Shown here piece after piece: positions 30,804 to 38,492 of a DNA stretch of 38,492 nt. The first letter of the stretch is position 1, and every line of letters starts with the position of its first letter. A program made the translations under genes and the position numbers. Below the pieces are notes generated by a model, which was not told the origin of the DNA, did not search any database, and saw nothing but the letters and a program-made list of their open reading frames with translations. Source of the DNA: Dehalococcoidales bacterium (lineage in GTDB: Bacteria > Chloroflexota > Dehalococcoidia > Dehalococcoidales > CSSed11-197); assembly GCA_028705415.1 (NCBI GenBank), contig JAQWDO010000001.1:1-38492 (forward strand), read 5' to 3'.

Positions 30804-33263
30804 CTAATAATGGCCATCAGGCCTCTCTTTTTCTAGTTCCGCCTCGTTTTCATCCAGTTTTTCGTCATCCATTTCTTCCTGTAACTGCTCCATAATACGC
30901 GCCGCCCTCGGATAACCGATATGAAGCTTGCGCTGAAGGAAGGAAGTGGATATGTTGCCGTGTTCTTCAGCCAGTTTTCTGGCAGCAGCAATCAGAGGGT
31001 CAGAGGGAGCCGTGGTCTCCTGGATTTTGGCAGACGGTTCCAGTGAAGCAAGCTCATCAAGGTTTAGAGTAGCCGCCTGTTCCTGTTTTTGCGTACCCCA
31101 GAAATAAACCAGGCGCTCTACTTCCGGATCGGAAACAAAGCAGCCCTGCAGCCGGCGGGGTTTAGCTTCTTCCGTTGGCAAATATAGCATATCGCCTCGG
31201 CCGAGGAGCTTTTCCGCTCCGGTAGAATCCAGAATCGTGCGTGAATCAACCTGGGAAGTGACTGCAAAGCTTATGCGTGTGGGGAAGTTGGCTTTGATGA
31301 GCCCGGTTATTACATCAACCGAAGGCCGCTGGGTTGCAACAACCAGGTGAATACCCACCGCACGCGCCAGTTGCGCCAAACGGCAAAGTATATGCTCAAC
31401 CTCGGCAAACCCGGTCATCATCAAGTCAGCCAGTTCATCTATCACCAGTACCAGATTCGGGATCTTTTCCTGTCGGGAGACCTTTTTGTTGTACGCTTCG
31501 ATATTACGGGCTCCTACAGCGGACAGGGTTTTGTATCGATTATCCATTTCCTGGCTCAGCCAGCGAAGTGTGTTCAGGGCTTTGTCAGTATCTACCACTA
31601 CCTTGGTAGCCAGATGGGGAAGGCTGTTATACTGAACCATCTCCACTCTCTTGGGATCAATAAGTATAAACTTCAAATCCGCGGGCGAATTACACATAAG
31701 AAGACAGCAGACAATCGCATTTAAACAAACAGTCTTGCCGCTTCCGGTGGAACCAGCCACCAGCAAGTGCGGCATCCTGGCTAGGTCTCCGGCAATCGCT
31801 TCACCACCAGCCCCCTTGCCCAATGCCAGAGCCAGATTCGATTTGCCCAGGATTTTTTGGAAATTGGCACTTTCTATAACACTTCTGAGACTTACTACCC
31901 CAAAATTGGCATTGGGAACTTCAATACCAACCAGCGCTTTCCCCGGAATCGGAGCTTCTATACGCACACCGGGAACAGCTAATGCCAGAGCAAGGTTATT
32001 GGACAGGGCAGTAATACGCTCTACCTTTACCCTTGTGCGTGAAATTTCTTCCTGCCGGACTGTAATGTTGCCTTCTTCATCCCGGTCTTTAATTTCCCGG
32101 AATTTACGATCCCAGCCGGGCTCAATCCCGAACTGTGTAACCGTAGGCCCGGCATTGACCTGCACGACTTTTGCTTCAACTCCATAGCTTTCCAGCGCTT
32201 CCTCGATCAATCGTGCGCGCTTGCTGTTATCCGCCTGGCCAAAATCAACTTCCGGCGAAACGTCCAGAATATCTATCGGAGGCAGTTTCCAGCCATCAAC
32301 CAGCACCAGATCAGAGGATTCACCATACTTGCGCCAGACATCGCGGGCAACCTGTTTGATATCCCGCGTACTTTCACCCGACTGAGATACTGTACGGGGC
32401 ACTGCGGAGGTTTTCCCCGGCCCAGATTGTACCGGTTTTTCAACCAATTCCGGGGTGATATCCGGATACCTCTTCCCGGGAACCACTTCGGGCGCTATTA
32501 AAATTGAAGGGGCTTTTATACCCGGTCCAGCTTTCTCCGGCGAAGCAGGTTTTTCTGCCCGGTTTTCAGGCACCATTCGGCTTTCAGGCACGATCCGGCT
32601 TTCGGTAACCGTCGGCGGGTAGTTAAATTTAAACTCTTCCTGAACCGGTCTGGGAGTTTTTGGCCGCGGAGGGGGCAACCTGAACAACTCTATTATTCCT
32701 TTTACCACAGCTTTCAGGGCTCTCCAGACAAGGCGCGGGAAAAAGAGAACAAACCCGCCAAGAACAAGGCCTGCTACTATCAGGTAACCGACATATCCCC
32801 TGTCTCCGTTTATGATGGCATCGCCAACCGCACCCCCGAGTTCCAGGATACCCAGCAGTCCCCAAACGGCTGCAAACCAGGCTATTGCTCCAAGCCATTT
32901 GTTCCACTGGTACAGTTTCCAGCGCCGGGCGAAAGCGACGATTTCGTGACGGAAAACAATGGCAAGGATAATCAGGACTGCCACTCCGATCAGAATAATC
33001 CCCCAGCCAAGCAAGCTCATAGTGCTCGCCGCTGTGTCCCAGACAAAATCAACAATTTTATCCCATTGCCAGTAGATCAGACCGGCGGCAACAAGCGCCA
33101 GCAAAACTACCCAGAACCAGACTTTGGTAAATATTCTGAAAGGATTTATGCGTTTGCGCGGTTCTTTGTTTTCTGAATATTTCGTTACAGCAGTCTTTTT
33201 CCTGTCTGCTTTCTTTTTAATCGCAGCTTGTTCTTTTCTTTTGTTATCCCTTTCCCTGGACAC
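30804..33263 (-). CDS. ftsK: DNA translocase FtsK/SpoIIIE
   Basis: N-terminal TM segments, a low-complexity linker, MPHLLVAGSTGSGKTVCLN (Walker A), LVLVIDELADLMM (Walker B) and a C-terminal gamma-like winged helix (ISTSFLQRKLHIGYPRAARIME). GTG start with AGGAG upstream. Confidence 0.93.
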   Translation of the reverse strand: MSRERDNKRKEQAAIKKKADRKKTAVTKYSENKEPRKRINPFRIFTKVWFWVVLLALVAAGLIYWQWDKIVDFVWDTAASTMSLLGWGIILIGVAVLIILAIVFRHEIVAFARRWKLYQWNKWLGAIAWFAAVWGLLGILELGGAVGDAIINGDRGYVGYLIVAGLVLGGFVLFFPRLVWRALKAVVKGIIELFRLPPPRPKTPRPVQEEFKFNYPPTVTESRIVPESRMVPENRAEKPASPEKAGPGIKAPSILIAPEVVPGKRYPDITPELVEKPVQSGPGKTSAVPRTVSQSGESTRDIKQVARDVWRKYGESSDLVLVDGWKLPPIDILDVSPEVDFGQADNSKRARLIEEALESYGVEAKVVQVNAGPTVTQFGIEPGWDRKFREIKDRDEEGNITVRQEEISRTRVKVERITALSNNLALALAVPGVRIEAPIPGKALVGIEVPNANFGVVSLRSVIESANFQKILGKSNLALALGKGAGGEAIAGDLARMPHLLVAGSTGSGKTVCLNAIVCCLLMCNSPADLKFILIDPKRVEMVQYNSLPHLATKVVVDTDKALNTLRWLSQEMDNRYKTLSAVGARNIEAYNKKVSRQEKIPNLVLVIDELADLMMTGFAEVEHILCRLAQLARAVGIHLVVATQRPSVDVITGLIKANFPTRISFAVTSQVDSRTILDSTGAEKLLGRGDMLYLPTEEAKPRRLQGCFVSDPEVERLVYFWGTQKQEQAATLNLDELASLEPSAKIQETTAPSDPLIAAARKLAEEHGNISTSFLQRKLHIGYPRAARIMEQLQEEMDDEKLDENEAELEKERPDGHY
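32561..32614. repeat. About 2.5 tandem copies of an 18-nt unit inside the ftsK linker
   Basis: ggttttcaggcaccattc / ggctttcaggcacgatcc / ggctttcggtaaccgtcg. On the minus strand this encodes TESRIVPESRMVPENR. Confidence 0.7.
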
Positions 33264-33272
33264 TTCCTGCTC

Positions 33273-34955
33273 CTAGACTTTTACCAGTACTGGCAAAATC
33301 ATCGGCCGGCGCTTGGTCTTCTCAAAGAAAAAGCGGTTCAGCTCATCGCGCACCCTGGAATCTGCCGATGATAAATCAGCCTCCCGTTTGCCACGGTGGT
33401 CAACGATTGTCGCCACCAGATCCTTGCCTTCTTCTATCATATCTTTTGCTTCTACCATATCAACAAAACCGCGAGATACAATATCAGGACGGCTAACCAG
33501 TTTGCCGGTCTGCTGGTTAACAGCAATAATCACTACCACTATACCATCCTTGGATAACATGCGCCTGTTTCTGAGTACTACCCCGCCAACATCACCCACA
33601 CTCAATCCATCAACGTAGACGTGTCCGGAGGTTACCCTCCCGGCGACCCGGCCTGAATTGGCGCTCAGTTCAAGCACATCTCCATCTTCAAGACGGAATA
33701 TGTTTTTCTCTTCCACTCCGGCATCAAGAGCCAGACGGGAATGCAGGGTAAGGTGGCGGAATTCACCGTGAACAGGCACAAAAAAGCGCGGCTTGACCAG
33801 GTTTAGCACCAGTTTGAGCTCCTCCTGGGAAGCATGCCCGTGGACATGAACCTTGGAAAGCTGGTCATAGAATACTTCAGCCCCCTGTTTAAACAAACTG
33901 TCAATTGTGCGGTTAACCAGGGATTCGTTGCCGGGAATGGGAGAGGCTGACACCACAACTGTATCTCCCTTTATTATAGAAACCTGGCGATGGCCGTGGT
34001 TAGCAATACGCACCAATGCCGAAGTAGGTTCACCCTGGGAGCCGGTGGTAATCATAACTATCTTTTCCGGAGGGAGGCCTCTAAGCTCCTCCCCTTTACC
34101 GAGCACACCATCCGGAGCCTTCAGATATCCGAGTTCAAGCGCCATTTTGACGTTATCGCTCATACTGCGCCCGAAAACAAATACTTTCCGGCCATGGTTG
34201 GCAGCGGCATCGATTACCTGCTGAATACGAGAGATGAGAGAAGCAAAAGTGGCTACAATTACCCTCCCTTTAGCCCTGGAGATTATTGTATCCAGAGCTT
34301 CTCCTATAACTTTCTCCGAAGGAGTATAGCCAGGTGTTTCGGCATGAGTAGAATCAGAAAGCAGTAAAAGCACACCCTTGGAACCGACCTGGGAAAGCCG
34401 GGAAAGGCTGGTTGGTTCACCATACACTGGGGTATAGTCCAGTTTGAAATCCCCCGTGTGGACAACCAACCCCAGAGGCGTTTCAATAATCAGGCCAACC
34501 GCATCGGGTATACTGTGGCATACCGGAAAGAACTCTATTTTGAAACAACCCAGGGGAAAAGTACCCCCCGGCTCAATCACATTGATTTGAGCATCATTCA
34601 GAGCCTTGCCTTCCTTGAGCTTGACCGAAATGAGGCCTTTTGCCAGGCGAGTGCAGTATATTGGCACATTTAGTTGCGGCAATATATACGGCAAAGCCCC
34701 AATATGGTCTTCATGAGCATGTGTTATGACAATTCCCCGAATTTTGTCCTTTCTTTCCAGAAGGTAGCTGATATCCGGGATAACCAGGTCGATGCCCATC
34801 ATATCTTCTTCCGGGAACATCACACCGCAGTCAATTATGATGATATCGTTCCCGTATTCGGCAACCATCATGTTTTTCCCGATTTCTCCCAGTCCGCCCA
34901 AAGGGATTAACTTGAGTTTTGGTTTGATAGCCTTGGTTCTTTTCTTTTGCATCAT
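33273..34955 (-). CDS. rnj: Ribonuclease J
   Basis: KLIPLGGLGEIGKNMMVAEYGNDIIIIDCG, ITHAHEDHIGALPY (metallo-beta-lactamase HxHxDH) and the beta-CASP region. The second ATG (34952) may be the true start. Confidence 0.92.
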   Translation of the reverse strand: MMQKKRTKAIKPKLKLIPLGGLGEIGKNMMVAEYGNDIIIIDCGVMFPEEDMMGIDLVIPDISYLLERKDKIRGIVITHAHEDHIGALPYILPQLNVPIYCTRLAKGLISVKLKEGKALNDAQINVIEPGGTFPLGCFKIEFFPVCHSIPDAVGLIIETPLGLVVHTGDFKLDYTPVYGEPTSLSRLSQVGSKGVLLLLSDSTHAETPGYTPSEKVIGEALDTIISRAKGRVIVATFASLISRIQQVIDAAANHGRKVFVFGRSMSDNVKMALELGYLKAPDGVLGKGEELRGLPPEKIVMITTGSQGEPTSALVRIANHGHRQVSIIKGDTVVVSASPIPGNESLVNRTIDSLFKQGAEVFYDQLSKVHVHGHASQEELKLVLNLVKPRFFVPVHGEFRHLTLHSRLALDAGVEEKNIFRLEDGDVLELSANSGRVAGRVTSGHVYVDGLSVGDVGGVVLRNRRMLSKDGIVVVIIAVNQQTGKLVSRPDIVSRGFVDMVEAKDMIEEGKDLVATIVDHRGKREADLSSADSRVRDELNRFFFEKTKRRPMILPVLVKV

Positions 34956-34966
34956 ATTCCTTATAT

Positions 34967-35569
34967 TTAAAATAGTTTCAGTTGTTGTGCCGGGTCCTCA
35001 ACAGGAGCATCTTCCACGGGCTTGCTCCCCGCAAGAATGCCGGGAATCTTTTTCATATCTCCTATTATAACTTCTTTCAGGCCACCCTGGTGCAATGCAG
35101 CAGCAGGGTGGTACATCGGGAAATAAATAATACCGTTTTTGCTTGACGGGCTTCCGTGGATTTTACCAATAGCTTTACCGGGGAAATAGAGGGACATGGA
35201 AAAACGGCCGAGGGTAACAATCATACGGGGCTTTATCAGTTCGATCTGCCGGTCAAGCCAGGGTTTGCAAGCTAATATTTCATCCGGAAGAGGATCACGG
35301 TTTCCTGGAGGGCGGCATTTAATTATGTTAGCTATATAGACATCACCGCGCTTCATCCCGATTGAATACAGGAGCTCATCCAGAAATTTTCCTGCGGCGC
35401 CAACAAATGGACGCCCCTGCCGGTCTTCATTTTCTCCCGGCGCCTCACCGATGAACATAATATCTGCCTGAGGACAACCTTCACCCGGCACTGCATTGGT
35501 GCGCCCTTCCGCCAGCCTGCATGCCCGGCAGTTGGCTATGTCCCGGCCGAGTTGATTGAGTTCTATCAT
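34967..35569 (-). CDS. udg: Uracil-DNA glycosylase, family 4
   Basis: [45 protein letters not shown] and YHPAAAL. Confidence 0.88.
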   Translation of the reverse strand: MIELNQLGRDIANCRACRLAEGRTNAVPGEGCPQADIMFIGEAPGENEDRQGRPFVGAAGKFLDELLYSIGMKRGDVYIANIIKCRPPGNRDPLPDEILACKPWLDRQIELIKPRMIVTLGRFSMSLYFPGKAIGKIHGSPSSKNGIIYFPMYHPAAALHQGGLKEVIIGDMKKIPGILAGSKPVEDAPVEDPAQQLKLF

Positions 35570-35705
35570 ATAAACAGTAAGGGGCCTTCCCCTCCGGCTA
35601 TGATAACACGAGCATTGCAGCCAGTCAATTTAAGCACCACCCATCCGGTTGCGAAATAAAGCAATTAAAGAGGGCTTCTTGGTTTGCATATGCTATAATA
35701 TTTTG

Positions 35706-36683
35706 ATGATTTTACTCGGAATTGAGAGTTCCTGTGATGAAACGGCGGCTGCAGTCGTAGAGAACGGCCGGCATATTCTTTCCAACATTGTCAGCTCCCA
35801 GATCGATATACATGCCCGTTTTGGAGGAGTCGTCCCGGAAGTCGCTTCCAGACAGCATATTTTGAGCATAATTCCGGTCATCGATGAAGCTATCAAGACC
35901 GCCCGGGCGGATTGGAGCGATATCGAAGCCATCGCCGCCACCCATGGGCCGGGGCTTGCCGGCTCGTTGCTGGTAGGAGCCAATACAGCCAAGGCAATCA
36001 GTTATGCAAGAAAGCTGCCGCTGGTTGGAGTCAATCACCTAGAGGCACACATTTATGCCAATTGGTTATCCAGCCGGGAGCCCGAATTTCCACTTTTATG
36101 TTTAATTGTTTCCGGAGGGCATACCGACCTGATACTGATGAAAAACCACGGGGATTATACCTTGATTGGAAAAACCAGAGATGATGCTGCCGGAGAAGCT
36201 TTCGATAAAGCTGCCCGCATCCTGGGGCTAAGCTACCCGGGAGGGCCGGCGATTGACAAGGCAGCCAAAGGGGCAAAAGCAGATATCAAGCTTCCCCGGG
36301 CATGGCTCAAAGGTACGGCAGATTTCAGTTTCAGTGGTTTGAAAACTGCCCTCCTGCGCCTGAGCGAAGCAGGGTTGATCAACAATATTGAAAGTGCCGC
36401 TGCCAGTTTTCAGGCATCTGTTGTTGATGTTTTGGTCAAGAAAACAACTAATGCGGCTGTCAAGTATGGAGTAAAGCAAATTTTACTCTCAGGTGGAGTT
36501 GCAGCCAACAGCCTTCTGAGGAAGCAAATGGCAAGCGCTTCACCGGTGCCGGTGCTAATCCCTCCACCCGGGCTATGCACTGATAATGCGGCCATGGTAG
36601 CTGCCTGCGGCTATTTTCGTCTGCGGCTGGGCAATGTCAATGGCATCGATCTGGACGTAATTCCTTCTCTCTCACTATCATAA
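35706..36683 (+). CDS. tsaD: tRNA N6-adenosine threonylcarbamoyltransferase TsaD
   Basis: [43 protein letters not shown] and [11 protein letters not shown]. The ATG at 35706 gives the canonical N-terminus. The listed ORF 35649 adds 19 non-conserved residues. Confidence 0.93.
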   Translation: MILLGIESSCDETAAAVVENGRHILSNIVSSQIDIHARFGGVVPEVASRQHILSIIPVIDEAIKTARADWSDIEAIAATHGPGLAGSLLVGANTAKAISYARKLPLVGVNHLEAHIYANWLSSREPEFPLLCLIVSGGHTDLILMKNHGDYTLIGKTRDDAAGEAFDKAARILGLSYPGGPAIDKAAKGAKADIKLPRAWLKGTADFSFSGLKTALLRLSEAGLINNIESAAASFQASVVDVLVKKTTNAAVKYGVKQILLSGGVAANSLLRKQMASASPVPVLIPPPGLCTDNAAMVAACGYFRLRLGNVNGIDLDVIPSLSLS

Positions 36684-36721
36684 ATATTCGTCAATTTTTA
36701 ACCGCTCGGTCAAATTTAGTG

Positions 36722-36750
36722 TTGCAAGACTTTGAGAATTGGTTTATTAT
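36722..36750 (+). promoter_or_regulatory. sigma70-type promoter of groES-groEL (TTGCAA-N17-TATTAT)
   Basis: TTGCAA at 36722-36727, a 17-nt spacer, then TATTAT at 36745-36750, directly followed by the CIRCE element. Confidence 0.6.
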
Positions 36751-36755
36751 ATTAT

Positions 36756-36782
36756 TTAGCAGTCTCCGACTGAGACTGCTAA
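36756..36782. promoter_or_regulatory. CIRCE-type HrcA operator (TTAGCAGTC-N9-GACTGCTAA)
   Basis: A perfect 9-N9-9 inverted repeat between the promoter and groES. The consensus is TTAGCACTC-N9-GAGTGCTAA. Here the C-to-G change in the left arm is mirrored in the right arm. Confidence 0.85.
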
Positions 36783-36828
36783 ATAATTGCCTTTCGAATG
36801 AAAAATACTGGGAAAAGGAGGGTTAAGA

Positions 36829-37122
36829 ATGGCAGTTAAAATCCAACCCCTGGGAGACCGTGTTCTGGTCAAACCAATCGAGGCTGAGGAGGTAACCAAA
36901 GGAGGAATAGTCCTACCGGCAACCGCCCAGGAAAAACCACTGGAGGGCAAGGTACTTGCCGCCGGCCCCGGCAAACGCAATGACAAAGGCGAACCGGTAG
37001 CGCTGGACGTAAAGGTAGGAGATGTTATTCTCTATTCCAAGTACGGCGGGACTGAAATCAAAATCGATGGCGAGGAGCTTATTATCCTTACCGAATCCAA
37101 CATTCTGGCAAAAAGGGTATAA
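36829..37122 (+). CDS. groES: Co-chaperonin GroES
   Basis: [56 protein letters not shown] lies upstream. Confidence 0.96.
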   Translation: MAVKIQPLGDRVLVKPIEAEEVTKGGIVLPATAQEKPLEGKVLAAGPGKRNDKGEPVALDVKVGDVILYSKYGGTEIKIDGEELIILTESNILAKRV

Positions 37123-37151
37123 ATTACAATTTTAATCAAGAAAAGAAATAA

Positions 37152-38492
<1,341 letters not shown>

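Overview
This is a 38.5-kb piece of a bacterial chromosome with about 36 protein genes, one tRNA and no rRNA, CRISPR array or transposase. Gene content points to a strict anaerobe, possibly Chloroflexota/Dehalococcoidia-like, but that is only an impression. All family calls come from motifs I recognise by eye; no searches were run.

Nt 1-13,500 is the accessory/metabolic part:
- the 3' end of an ABC-transporter binding-protein gene
- a protein with a TiaS-like N-terminus
- a lone molybdenum-storage-protein (MosA/MosB)-like amino-acid-kinase gene
- a divergent two-gene operon (87-aa protein plus DUF134/zinc-ribbon regulator) with a near-consensus promoter overlapped by a perfect 20-bp palindrome
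- a tightly packed six-gene Hyf/Hyc-type (group 4 hydrogenase / complex I-like) membrane complex
- a cupin / Crp-Fnr regulator / hybrid-cluster-protein (hcp) module

Nt 13,600-38,492 is housekeeping: tRNA-Ala(CGC), gatB, secG, lysC, nfu, a TPR protein, gyrA, a ferredoxin, a large radical SAM protein, fmt, yebC, ruvC, ruvA, uvrB, degV, ftsK, rnj, a family-4 udg, tsaD, and groES plus partial groEL behind a CIRCE operator.

The best candidate for an undescribed system is the Hyf-like operon (3449-10562).
- Its large subunit has lost all four [NiFe]-ligand cysteines.
- Its small subunit has lost three of the four [4Fe-4S] ligands.
- The window holds no HycF/NuoI-type ferredoxin subunit, electron-input module or maturation gene.
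- It therefore looks like a redox-cofactor-free peripheral arm on four intact antiporter-like or channel subunits (Ehr-like), with no known function.

Other items worth a second look:
- a structured composite intergenic repeat family at three loci, with compensatory hairpin changes
- an unannotated 41-aa Cys-rich micro-ORF co-transcribed with nfu
- a promoter-plus-terminator leader in front of the Hyf-like operon
- a hairpin-dense 440-bp gap upstream of lysC
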